A stretch of DNA of 64,000 nt from a virus (lineage: Duplodnaviria > Heunggongvirae > Uroviricota > Caudoviricetes), in IMG/VR virus record IMGVR_UViG_3300031418_000001. One strand, 5' to 3'. This document shows positions 28,886-37,687 of the stretch, piece by piece. The position numbers were made by a program, and so were the translations under genes. Positions within the stretch are counted from its first letter, which is position 1; each line of letters starts with the position of its first letter. The notes below the pieces were generated by a model, which saw only the letters and a program-made list of their open reading frames with translations, did no database searches and was not told the DNA's origin.

Positions 28886-29034
28886 TGGAGAAAATATGAA
28901 GACTTGGCGATCACGTACTGGATGGTATGAAAAAGGTCGAGTAATTAAGAATTATGAGAAATGTACCGCCAGAACTTCAGATGGCGAAGAATTATTTGAA
29001 AAAAGCCAGACTGAACATTTAAAAGGAAAAATAA

Positions 29035-29220
29035 ATGAAATTAACTCCAGAAGTAGCACGAACCGTAGCACGTAAATTAGGTTATATTTCTAACAGCCAG
29101 GGGAGTGATATTGAATACGTATTATCATTACTGGTAAATGGTACTGCAAGTACAATAGAAGAAGCAATTGCAATTTTTCATAAAGAATTTGAAGATGAGG
29201 ATGAAGACGATGATTATTAA
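29035..29220 (+). CDS. hypothetical small acidic protein
   Basis: 61 aa after AAAGGAAAAATAA RBS; C-terminal EDEDEDDDY. Confidence 0.35.
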   Translation: MKLTPEVARTVARKLGYISNSQGSDIEYVLSLLVNGTASTIEEAIAIFHKEFEDEDEDDDY

Positions 29221-29692
29221 GGATGGGTTTGCATTATTCTGGAAGAGTTATGATTACATGTCTAACTGGCATCTAAGCACTTTTGAACTTCACGGAATTA
29301 CATTTAATTGTGCTGAACAGTACATGATGTACTCCAAAGCTATGCTATTTGGAGACAAATACATTGCAGATGAAGTACTGAAGACTAAATCACCACGTGA
29401 GCAGAAAGCATTAGGTCGTAAGGTTCGTAATTATGATAATGCAGTATGGGAACAGCAACGCTTTCAAATTTTATATGAAGGATGTTTAGCAAAATTCAGA
29501 CAGGATGAAGTACTGAAGAAAAAACTACTAAGTACTAATGAACTTCATTTAGTCGAATCATCACCAAGTGATACGATTTGGGGAATTGGTTTAGCTCAGG
29601 ATCATCCAGACGCTACTAACCCGCAGAACTGGAAAGGTCTTAATCTTCTCGGTGAAGTACTTATGAAAGTACGTAAGACACTAAAGGGGTAA
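29210..29692 (+). CDS. NADAR-domain protein (YbiA/DUF1768 family)
   Basis: LSNW.L.....G..F...EQYMMYSKAMLFGD ... AKF.QD..L.K.LLST....LVESSPSDTIWGIGL ... W.G.NLLGEVLMKVR matches the NADAR consensus; ATG 29210 (track start is TTG). Confidence 0.7.
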   Translation: MIIKDGFALFWKSYDYMSNWHLSTFELHGITFNCAEQYMMYSKAMLFGDKYIADEVLKTKSPREQKALGRKVRNYDNAVWEQQRFQILYEGCLAKFRQDEVLKKKLLSTNELHLVESSPSDTIWGIGLAQDHPDATNPQNWKGLNLLGEVLMKVRKTLKG

Positions 29693-29695
29693 GTT

Positions 29696-29989
29696 ATGGC
29701 ATTGCGTGGTAGAAGAGAGTTTCAGTACACAAATTCCAATAATAATGAACCTAATAAAATTACACAGGAATTCTTTGAAGTACGTAAAATGATGTACGGT
29801 GCACCACGCCGTGCAAACCTTATGAGATTGTTCAAACAAGGTCTTGAGTTTTATGTTAACCGTAGACATTGTATTATACTTAGTGAAGATACAGACATTA
29901 AGTACCTTATTAAAAAAGAAAAAATTGAACTTGTTAATGAAACGCAAGGCAAAAAATGTAAACATTCCTTTGTAAGACTAAAACGATGA
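29696..29989 (+). CDS. hypothetical protein
   Basis: 97-aa basic ORF. Confidence 0.3.
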   Translation: MALRGRREFQYTNSNNNEPNKITQEFFEVRKMMYGAPRRANLMRLFKQGLEFYVNRRHCIILSEDTDIKYLIKKEKIELVNETQGKKCKHSFVRLKR

Positions 29990-30390
29990 AACCAAAAATT
30001 AGATACTTATCAGTTAAAGATATTAGTGGTTATCCTTATTCAAGAAAGATTTCTGAAAGTGGAAATTCATCAGGTGAGTACTTTAAAAACCGATTAATTA
30101 CTGCACTTGAAAGTGATGCAACTTTCGTTTGTATGAATATTGATAACATTATTATTCCTGGAGCCAGTTGGTTTGATGAAATATTTGGCACAATGAATAA
30201 TGTACAAAAAGAATTAGTACAACAAAAACTTTACGTTAAAACTCAATATGAATTCATTAGAGGACTTATTGAACTTCGATTGGGATTTAAGTTAGTAAAA
30301 CATTATGAAATACAACATGATTTAGAAATAACTCACAGAAAGAAATCAGAAGGTTGGTTTAAAAGATTATTAAGAAATACTTGGAAATAA
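29986..30390 (+). CDS. hypothetical protein
   Basis: 134-aa ORF, ATGA overlap. Confidence 0.3.
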   Translation: MKPKIRYLSVKDISGYPYSRKISESGNSSGEYFKNRLITALESDATFVCMNIDNIIIPGASWFDEIFGTMNNVQKELVQQKLYVKTQYEFIRGLIELRLGFKLVKHYEIQHDLEITHRKKSEGWFKRLLRNTWK

Positions 30391-30415
30391 AATATTTTCC
30401 TACACAACAAGGAGG

Positions 30416-30631
30416 TTGGTTATGGAAACTGGTCATAGAAGTATGTATGAAGATAAATTACGTTCTATTATAATGAATGAAATTAATGGTGCTATGTCAC
30501 AATTAAGAATCAACCACAATATAATTAGTATTGAACAACATGGAACGCGAATAGAAACAGTAGTAACATTTATGGGTAGAAATATATGTTCGTCTATATA
30601 TTATATCCCTAACGGGGGTAAAAATGTCTAA
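30416..30631 (+). CDS. hypothetical small protein
   Basis: 71 aa after AAGGAGG RBS. Confidence 0.35.
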   Translation: MVMETGHRSMYEDKLRSIIMNEINGAMSQLRINHNIISIEQHGTRIETVVTFMGRNICSSIYYIPNGGKNV

Positions 30632-31187
30632 ATTTTACTACCGTTATAGTGCAATGAATAGTGGTAAGTCATTAGACCTTCTGAAGACAGCTAATAACTA
30701 TGTTGAAGGAGAATTTGAAGTACTTCTGTTTACTTCTGGACTTGATAACCGTTATGGTACTGGTAAGATTACTTCCAGAATTGGACTTGAAAAAGAAGCA
30801 ACTATCATCAATCCAAACAGTTTGAAAGAACTTAATGATGCAGTACTAAAATTACAAGAAAATCCTAACATTAAAGCTGTATTTGTTGACGAATGCCAAT
30901 TTTTATCATCGAAACAGATTGACATATTATCTGACATGGTTGATAATCATGACGTAACCGTGTATTGCTACGGAATTAGAACAGACTTTACGGGCAAATT
31001 GTTTAGTGGCTCTGAAAGACTATTTGAAATTGCAGACTGTATTGAAGAACTTCGTAACGTTTGTGCTTGTGGACGAAAAGCCATTATGAATGCACGAATC
31101 GTGAACAGCACTGAAAAAGTACTTATTGGTGGTAATGATATGTACAAGAGTATGTGCCGGAAGTGCTTCAAAAAACATAACGAGTAA
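30624..31187 (+). CDS. tk: thymidine kinase
   Basis: YSAMNSGKS P-loop, VFVDECQF, C-terminal CxCG...C zinc motif typical of type II TK; 187 aa. Confidence 0.85.
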   Translation: MSKFYYRYSAMNSGKSLDLLKTANNYVEGEFEVLLFTSGLDNRYGTGKITSRIGLEKEATIINPNSLKELNDAVLKLQENPNIKAVFVDECQFLSSKQIDILSDMVDNHDVTVYCYGIRTDFTGKLFSGSERLFEIADCIEELRNVCACGRKAIMNARIVNSTEKVLIGGNDMYKSMCRKCFKKHNE

Positions 31188-31360
31188 TCTATGAAGAAAG
31201 TTGAACTTGCTATTCAGGTATATGAAGCAATCGTAGATATTGTTTACGGTTTTTACTGGAATGATATTAAAGATTGTGCTGATAAAAGAAAAGCGTATCT
31301 GAGATTAAAAACTCATGGTATTATCCAGCATGATAGGGTACTGAATAGTAAGGTCAACCC

Positions 31361-31621
31361 ATGTTTATAACACCAAAGAATCAAGTACTAAAACCAGGAA
31401 CTACTTTTGCAGTTCTTGGTAAAAATGAAGTACTGAAAGGGAATGATTTAGTTCGTCAAACAATTTATGTAACTGACTATATTAGTACAGATGCAGAAAT
31501 GAATATGAACTGGCAGAAAGTAAAAGATTGTTTACCAGCTTGGGTAGGTAAAACAATTTCAGATTATGAGAATTTCGGTTATCCTAAACAATCAACTTAC
31601 GAAGTTATTCGTATTATTTAA
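31361..31621 (+). CDS. hypothetical protein
   Basis: 86-aa ORF. Confidence 0.3.
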   Translation: MFITPKNQVLKPGTTFAVLGKNEVLKGNDLVRQTIYVTDYISTDAEMNMNWQKVKDCLPAWVGKTISDYENFGYPKQSTYEVIRII

Positions 31622-31634
31622 AAAGGTAATTATA

Positions 31635-32456
31635 ATGAAAGGTATTATTGCTGTTATTGTAGGTTTAGTAGTTTTAATTGGTGCGTGGGCTTTTATTTCA
31701 TGGGCATTCTTTATGCATTCAGTAACAGTAAAACCTACTGAACAAGTCGTACTGGTTGACCGTCCTTACGTATGGGGTTCTGAAGGAGTACGAACTGAAC
31801 CACTTAAAGAAGGTCGTAAAATCATATGGAATACCACAATTGAATATCCTGTTACTGTAATTCCACAAAGTATTAATATTGCATTTGATGATTTCACCTC
31901 ATCTGATAATATTATGTTAGATTTTGAAAGTACTATTCAATACCGAGTTACAGATTCTGTAAAATTGGTTACTAAATTTGGTACTGACTGGTTTAAGAAT
32001 AACTTAAAGAACCAGTACACTCAGATTGTACGTGATCAGATTAAAGAAAACAGTATGTCCGATATGATGAGCAATGTAACTGTATCTGGTACTGTTGATA
32101 AAAACGTAACTAAAGAACTACGTGATCTGATTAAAGAGAACGATATTCCAGTAGAGATTATCAATATTTCTTTAGGTCGTGCAAAACCGAACCCTGAAGT
32201 ACTTAAACAAATGAACGAAACTGCTGCACAACAGCAACGCCGTAAAACATTAGTTGCAAGTACTGCTGCTGAAGAACAACGCGAACAAGAACAGATTGCA
32301 AAGGCAAAAGCAGATAATGCATACCGTAATGCAATGCAAATGTCTCCAGAACAATATATTGAACTTGAACGTATTAATAAGTACAGCGAATCATGTGCTA
32401 AAGCACAAACCTGTATTGTAACAAGCGGTCAGGAAAAAATGTTGAATCTAAAATAA
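31635..32456 (+). CDS. SPFH/band-7 (stomatin/prohibitin/HflKC-like) membrane protein
   Basis: N-terminal TM helix, then a domain with SPFH-like organisation and a C-terminal Ala/Gln-rich coiled coil (AAQQQRRKTLVASTAAEEQREQEQIAKAKADNAYRNA). Confidence 0.45.
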   Translation: MKGIIAVIVGLVVLIGAWAFISWAFFMHSVTVKPTEQVVLVDRPYVWGSEGVRTEPLKEGRKIIWNTTIEYPVTVIPQSINIAFDDFTSSDNIMLDFESTIQYRVTDSVKLVTKFGTDWFKNNLKNQYTQIVRDQIKENSMSDMMSNVTVSGTVDKNVTKELRDLIKENDIPVEIINISLGRAKPNPEVLKQMNETAAQQQRRKTLVASTAAEEQREQEQIAKAKADNAYRNAMQMSPEQYIELERINKYSESCAKAQTCIVTSGQEKMLNLK

Positions 32457-32462
32457 TATAAT

Positions 32463-32488
32463 GGGAGCCTTCGTGCTCCCATCTTTTA
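32463..32488 (+). terminator. rho-independent terminator (weak T-run)
   Basis: GGGAGC-cttcgt-GCTCCC followed by ATCTTTTA. Confidence 0.45.
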
Positions 32489-32498
32489 TAGGTATATT

Positions 32499-32825
32499 AT
32501 GGTTAAAAGTATTATTAAACGTAATAATAAAAAGTACAAGTATATTTTCTCATTGGGTTCACTTTACATCAGAATCATTTACCGTGATCGTGCACGTGCT
32601 CAAACAGAAAAAATAAGTCATAAGTACCATCAAGTACTTGATATTCAAAAAGCAGGGTTACTTAATGGTAGACTAATTTCAGTTCCAGTATTAACAAAAT
32701 CAAAATGTAAGAAAAGTAGAATTAATCATGCCTACACTTACAGAATTTTTACCAGCATTGAGGATTTTAATGCTGAAACCGGTTTAAATTATAATCTACG
32801 TGATATTAAACCACTTGTCGTTTAA
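32499..32825 (+). CDS. hypothetical basic protein
   Basis: 108 aa, K/R-rich. Confidence 0.3.
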   Translation: MVKSIIKRNNKKYKYIFSLGSLYIRIIYRDRARAQTEKISHKYHQVLDIQKAGLLNGRLISVPVLTKSKCKKSRINHAYTYRIFTSIEDFNAETGLNYNLRDIKPLVV

Positions 32826-32841
32826 AAGGAGTTTTGATAAG

Positions 32842-33186
32842 ATGGCTTTTAAAGAAAATGCCTGTACTGAAACATTTTACGTTACTCTGCATATTGCAGG
32901 GTCGTATGAAGATGCATTACGTTTTTGTAAGAAGTACTCATATGAGCGTGGTAGTTGTTTTCAGCTTACTCGTTGCCAGTATCAGTACACTGGTGGCACC
33001 GAAGATGGAATGACGGTGCGTGTGATTGATTATCCACGTTTCCCGAAAGATCATAACGAAATACTGAATACATTTACAGATTTTGCTTGTGCATTGGCAA
33101 CTGAACTATGTCAAAAGAGTTTCACTATTGAAAGTACATTAGGTACTAAGTACTTCGAAAGTGATGAAAAATTACATTCAAAATAG
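32842..33186 (+). CDS. hypothetical protein
   Basis: ATG 32842 after AAAGGAG RBS. Confidence 0.35.
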   Translation: MAFKENACTETFYVTLHIAGSYEDALRFCKKYSYERGSCFQLTRCQYQYTGGTEDGMTVRVIDYPRFPKDHNEILNTFTDFACALATELCQKSFTIESTLGTKYFESDEKLHSK

Positions 33187-33195
33187 GTATAAATT

Positions 33196-33420
33196 GTGCA
33201 GAAAGAGTTAACTCCTAATAAGGGAAAGAAATACGGTAACTGTAATGTTACTCATTGTCAGACCCCGCGTTTGGTATTATTCTTTAATACTTCAACTCAT
33301 GCATATTATTGCTATGATTGTTGTACTAATATTAGAAACGCATGTGAAGAAATTAAGGATGAAATTTTCCCTAATTTCAAGGTTGAAATGAAAGAATACA
33401 TATCTAAACTGGACGATTAA
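33196..33420 (+). CDS. hypothetical Cys-rich small protein
   Basis: 74 aa with CNVTHC ... CYDCC ... C pattern suggesting a zinc ribbon; a near-late TATAAATT box lies at 33189. Confidence 0.3.
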   Translation: MQKELTPNKGKKYGNCNVTHCQTPRLVLFFNTSTHAYYCYDCCTNIRNACEEIKDEIFPNFKVEMKEYISKLDD

Positions 33421-33430
33421 GGATTATACA

Positions 33431-33967
33431 ATGCACGAATCTTTTTTGAACTATCTGACCCATAATGTTCCTGAATATCAACAGTACGTTGCAAAATACG
33501 GTACTCCTGGACTGAAACGTGTTAACAAAATGGTTCAGGGTATTAAGTTACCGTGTGATGAAACATTGTTGCGTGGAACAACCTATAAAGAACAAACATT
33601 CAGTATGGCTTCTGAATTTAGTACGGTTGAAGGTTATATCCTTTACTTCCGTACTCGTATACAAGAAATTGAGAATGAACTTCGGGATTCTGTTGAACCG
33701 TTCATTAAAATTTCTTCATTCCAGACTAACTATCGTGGTGAATTAGTAGTTAATTATCAAGTACAGGAAAGTTCACAAACCTTCAAAAAACGTTTAAAAG
33801 AAAATGAACGTATTAAATCTTTGAATGCATTGATCCCACTGGTACAGGCAGCTTCTGAATGTTTCCAGAACGATACAATGGAACGTATTAATGAACAACG
33901 TAAGTTGGGTATCAAAAAGAAAATGGAAGCACTACAGCGTGAACTCAACGAACTTAATGGGGAATAA
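33431..33967 (+). CDS. hypothetical protein
   Basis: 178 aa, C-terminal coiled coil. Confidence 0.3.
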   Translation: MHESFLNYLTHNVPEYQQYVAKYGTPGLKRVNKMVQGIKLPCDETLLRGTTYKEQTFSMASEFSTVEGYILYFRTRIQEIENELRDSVEPFIKISSFQTNYRGELVVNYQVQESSQTFKKRLKENERIKSLNALIPLVQAASECFQNDTMERINEQRKLGIKKKMEALQRELNELNGE

Positions 33968-33969
33968 GT

Positions 33970-34365
33970 ATGTCTACAAAAAATCAGAAGGTAGAAGCTC
34001 ATATTCCAATCCCTTTTCGTAAAGGTAATACAGTAATCCGTGAATACGTACAAGAAATTGTACGTAACGGTACTATCTACCGTTCTGTACTTGTTGACTT
34101 CTCCTATAAAAATAAGAAAGGAGAAGTACAGGTTGAAGAAGGTTATGCTTTGCGGCATGAAACTATCCGTACTTCTGATTCACATTTGAATACTTCTGAT
34201 TTGAATGAAATGGATATTACAGATATTTTAACACATATGCTTTTTATTATAAAACCAGAATACAAGTACTATACTCGTACTTATATGGATTTTCTTATTA
34301 AGTACGTTGAACGTCGTGCTCGACTGAAACTAAACAATCTACCGTATTATGCAGAAATAAAATAA
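33970..34365 (+). CDS. hypothetical protein
   Basis: 131-aa ORF. Confidence 0.3.
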   Translation: MSTKNQKVEAHIPIPFRKGNTVIREYVQEIVRNGTIYRSVLVDFSYKNKKGEVQVEEGYALRHETIRTSDSHLNTSDLNEMDITDILTHMLFIIKPEYKYYTRTYMDFLIKYVERRARLKLNNLPYYAEIK

Positions 34366-34374
34366 GGAGTGTCT

Positions 34375-34944
34375 ATGGCCCGTATTGATAAAAAATTTAT
34401 TAATAAATGTATTGAGAAATACCCTGAAGTTAAGAAACATAAAGAACTCTTCGGATTAGAACTTTCTGATATCCGTAAAGTACTTGAAGATGATTATTCA
34501 TATACACCAGAAGATCCTAATCCGTTAGTTACAAAAGATACTAATCTGATGGTTAATATTGATATTGGTGATAAAAAATTCAATTCAATCTCTGGTAATC
34601 TAAAGCATATTGAAGAATGTGTGAAATCTGAAATGATCAAAGAATATGGAATTTTTAACTATTCTGAAGTTAAGGATCTTGAGATTTTTGCACAGGAAGA
34701 TACTATGGTATGTTCTTTCACCCGTTCCCGTACAGAAACTAAAGCAGAATTTGCCGCTCGTATGGTTCAAGACTATGAAGATAAATCTTTATTTCTTATT
34801 TCTACTGTACTGAAAAATGAATATGATGATCTCATTAATAGTGAGATACGTGCTCAAGAAGAAAAAGAGCGTCGTCGTCTTCAGGCCGAAATTGCAGTAC
34901 TTGAAAAGCGTAAGAAGGAATTAGAAAAACAGATTAACAAATAA
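34375..34944 (+). CDS. hypothetical protein
   Basis: ATG 34375 after AAGGAG; coiled-coil C-terminus. Confidence 0.3.
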   Translation: MARIDKKFINKCIEKYPEVKKHKELFGLELSDIRKVLEDDYSYTPEDPNPLVTKDTNLMVNIDIGDKKFNSISGNLKHIEECVKSEMIKEYGIFNYSEVKDLEIFAQEDTMVCSFTRSRTETKAEFAARMVQDYEDKSLFLISTVLKNEYDDLINSEIRAQEEKERRRLQAEIAVLEKRKKELEKQINK

Positions 34945-35000
34945 TTTTTTTCAATTATTGTCAATTACAGCTTGACAAAGATATAAGATAAAGGCAAAAT

Positions 35001-35222
35001 ATGACTCATTACGAACACCCTAATGTTGAAGGTTGCTCTGATGGCGGGTGTATTCTTAAACGTCCAACGGGTATGCATACGAACAGCAGTTGTCGTTGTA
35101 TTAGTACCCAAATGACGAAGATACAAACTATCCATACAAAGGCTACTATTAATTACTTAAGAAATTTATTAAACGATAAAGATAAAGAAATAGAAGAACT
35201 TAAGAAACAATTAGGAAAATAA
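35001..35222 (+). CDS. hypothetical small protein
   Basis: 73 aa; CSDGGC...CRC cysteines. Confidence 0.3.
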   Translation: MTHYEHPNVEGCSDGGCILKRPTGMHTNSSCRCISTQMTKIQTIHTKATINYLRNLLNDKDKEIEELKKQLGK

Positions 35223-35223
35223 T

Positions 35224-35730
35224 ATGCAAATTGATGGACTTCCATATGCACTGATAGCAATCAATAAAGTTATTTTTGGTAAATTTAGAATTGATATTGG
35301 AAGACAGCTTTCATATGGATTTCGAATTAAGGGTGGTTACAGCACACATGATGTTAAAGTTCATCAAGACGGTGTTATTAGTGAAATAGAAGTAACATAT
35401 CCCTCTCTTAGTCGAGGAAGACGGGATAGTATAACAATACGTGATTATGCTTTTCCTGTTGTGCATTTGATATTTGATGCAAGTAAGAATTCAATAGTAC
35501 TTAAAAATAACAACATATATTTCTGTAACCAAGAAATTGAAAATATGTTTAATCATGAATCCGCTTATCATGAAAGTATTGAAAATTTCGATATAGGTGA
35601 TGTTTTTGCATTAAGTACCATATTCAATGGTGTATTGGATGTAGCATTGATTAACTCATTAATTGAACAGTACAAACAAATGAAAAAGAACGGTACTGAA
35701 CTTAAATTAACGATAAAAAGGTACAAGTGA
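35224..35730 (+). CDS. hypothetical protein (paralogue pair member 1)
   Basis: shares PxVxxxxxAS/DS...I....NFxxxDxFxxxxxSTIxFN motif block with the next ORF. Confidence 0.3.
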   Translation: MQIDGLPYALIAINKVIFGKFRIDIGRQLSYGFRIKGGYSTHDVKVHQDGVISEIEVTYPSLSRGRRDSITIRDYAFPVVHLIFDASKNSIVLKNNNIYFCNQEIENMFNHESAYHESIENFDIGDVFALSTIFNGVLDVALINSLIEQYKQMKKNGTELKLTIKRYK

Positions 35731-36308
35731 TGAATTTTTTAGTACTTAATTCAGTTCTTACGAAGTATCTTAATAAATCTGGTACAATCGACAGGTTAAA
35801 AGAACTTAAACTTGAATTGAATTACCGTATTGGATGTTCTGGTGCTTTTGATGTTTATTTGGATGACCGTATTGTTATTGGTTATGAATCTGAAGAAACA
35901 TATCATAAAAACAGAGACTATTATGAAGAAACTAAACAAAGTATTTTTGTAGAAGAAGAAAAAAAGCGTCAACTTAAGTACAACTACGATAAAGCATATG
36001 TGGTAAGAGATTTCGTTTATCCTGCTGTTGTATATCGAGCTAATGATAGTGATGCTATTTGGATAAGAAATAAAACCATCCATATTTTTACTGGACAAAG
36101 TAAAAATGCTATTAATTTTGGTACACAATCGGAGTACTCAATTGGTATTGATAACTTTAGCAAAGAAGATTTATTCGGTATCAGATTAGTTTCAACTATT
36201 GATTTCAACGAAGAAGCATTATATGATGCGATCAATTGTTATCAATTACTTAAAAAACAAAACTTAAACATTCTATTCGATATTAGAGAAGGTAAGGAAA
36301 ATAAATGA
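35727..36308 (+). CDS. hypothetical protein (paralogue pair member 2)
   Basis: as above. Confidence 0.3.
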   Translation: MMNFLVLNSVLTKYLNKSGTIDRLKELKLELNYRIGCSGAFDVYLDDRIVIGYESEETYHKNRDYYEETKQSIFVEEEKKRQLKYNYDKAYVVRDFVYPAVVYRANDSDAIWIRNKTIHIFTGQSKNAINFGTQSEYSIGIDNFSKEDLFGIRLVSTIDFNEEALYDAINCYQLLKKQNLNILFDIREGKENK

Positions 36309-36808
36309 AATACTCACTTAAAATGGTACTGGTTGTTGCTCTGGCGTTTGTACTTTCAGCATGTAATGATGATGAAGATAAGAAGAACGCTCAACTTCTG
36401 CAACAACAGCAACAAGAACAGCAATACGCCGCCCAGCAACAAGTACAGCAGGCAGCACCAGGTCAGCCAATTGTTATCAATAACCAGCAGCCTAATAACA
36501 GTGGTGTTGGTGACTTTGCAAGTGGCATGGTTGCAGGTCATATTGTTTCGTCAATGATGAATAACAATAACCGTTCATATAATGATGATCGTTACTACGA
36601 TTCTCGTGCAAACCGGTCGGTCAAGAATAAAACGACTATTGTTAATAACAATACCTATATTAACCAACCAGTAAAACGTACTGTAAGTACTCCAAGTTCT
36701 TCTTACTATGGTAGTACTCAAAAATCTTCTTCATCTTTCAGTACGTCTAAGCCTAAATCAAAGTACAGCAACGTATTCTCTCGCTCTAAGTCGTCAAAAC
36801 GTCGCTAA
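36305..36808 (+). CDS. putative lipoprotein, Gln-rich
   Basis: signal peptide with lipobox VLSAC; low-complexity Q/S/N-rich mature part. Confidence 0.45.
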   Translation: MKYSLKMVLVVALAFVLSACNDDEDKKNAQLLQQQQQEQQYAAQQQVQQAAPGQPIVINNQQPNNSGVGDFASGMVAGHIVSSMMNNNNRSYNDDRYYDSRANRSVKNKTTIVNNNTYINQPVKRTVSTPSSSYYGSTQKSSSSFSTSKPKSKYSNVFSRSKSSKRR

Positions 36809-36825
36809 TGTGTTCTAACTAAAAT

Positions 36826-36852
36826 AAAGGTACTAATATAGTACCTTTTTTA
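36826..36852 (+). terminator. rho-independent terminator (GGTACT/AGTACC stem)
   Basis: AAAGGTACTA-ata-TAGTACCTTT followed by TTTTTAAT. Confidence 0.6.
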
Positions 36853-36863
36853 ATGAGTGAAAT

Positions 36864-37271
36864 ATGAATAATCATAAACTTAAAGCTGTTGTTTGGGTTG
36901 TACATGCTATTATTTGTGTACTGTTTATTTGGGGCACAATTAATTATATGAATACTGATGATAACCGGACTGAAACTGATGTTCCATTGACTGTTATTAA
37001 GATCATTCAGGAAGATCACAAAAGTAGTACCAGCTATCGTGGAGTATTCCAGATGGAAAATGGCCGATATATTGATTTCAATGTGTCAGCAAGTACATTT
37101 GCGACTACAAAACCAGGCGATCAAGTACTCTATAAACTAAACAAATATGAAACTAAAGAAGCAGAACATGAGTTTCCAATATTAGGATTTCTGTTCTTTA
37201 TTGGAACTGTATGTTATGTAATGTTTGGAACTACTATAGTTTATTATTTAAAAATAGAGGTACTTGAATAA
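36864..37271 (+). CDS. hypothetical membrane protein (tandem paralogue 1)
   Basis: N- and C-terminal TM helices; middle (IQEDHKSSTSYRGVFQMENG) matches the next ORF. Confidence 0.35.
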   Translation: MNNHKLKAVVWVVHAIICVLFIWGTINYMNTDDNRTETDVPLTVIKIIQEDHKSSTSYRGVFQMENGRYIDFNVSASTFATTKPGDQVLYKLNKYETKEAEHEFPILGFLFFIGTVCYVMFGTTIVYYLKIEVLE

Positions 37272-37678
37272 TGAAATATTATTCTATGTGGATTGCACAT
37301 ATCATTGTATGTTGTGTCTTCATTTTAGTTACGGTAAAAATCATCCAAAGTGATCCTAATAATGAAACACGCCAAGTTGATGTAACGATAGTCAATACTA
37401 TTCAGGAAAATAACGAAGATAGTACTTCATACTATGGAGTATTTGAACTACCTAATGGTAAAATTATTTCAAGAAAAATTAATCGTGTTATCTATGGTTC
37501 TGTCAAAGCTGGCGAAGAAGGTACTTTAAATTTAAATCGCTATGATACCGGTGAAGCCGAAAGAGATCCAGTAAGAACTACAGGTGAAATACTATTGATG
37601 CTTTTATGTTTCTTGTATGCATTTATTGGTACTTTAAGATTACAATCCTATATCAGAAAAATGAAAGATTATTATTAA
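37271..37678 (+). CDS. hypothetical membrane protein (tandem paralogue 2)
   Basis: same topology and motif (IQENNEDSTSYYGVFELPNG). Confidence 0.35.
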   Translation: MKYYSMWIAHIIVCCVFILVTVKIIQSDPNNETRQVDVTIVNTIQENNEDSTSYYGVFELPNGKIISRKINRVIYGSVKAGEEGTLNLNRYDTGEAERDPVRTTGEILLMLLCFLYAFIGTLRLQSYIRKMKDYY

Positions 37679-37687
37679 GGAATAAAA

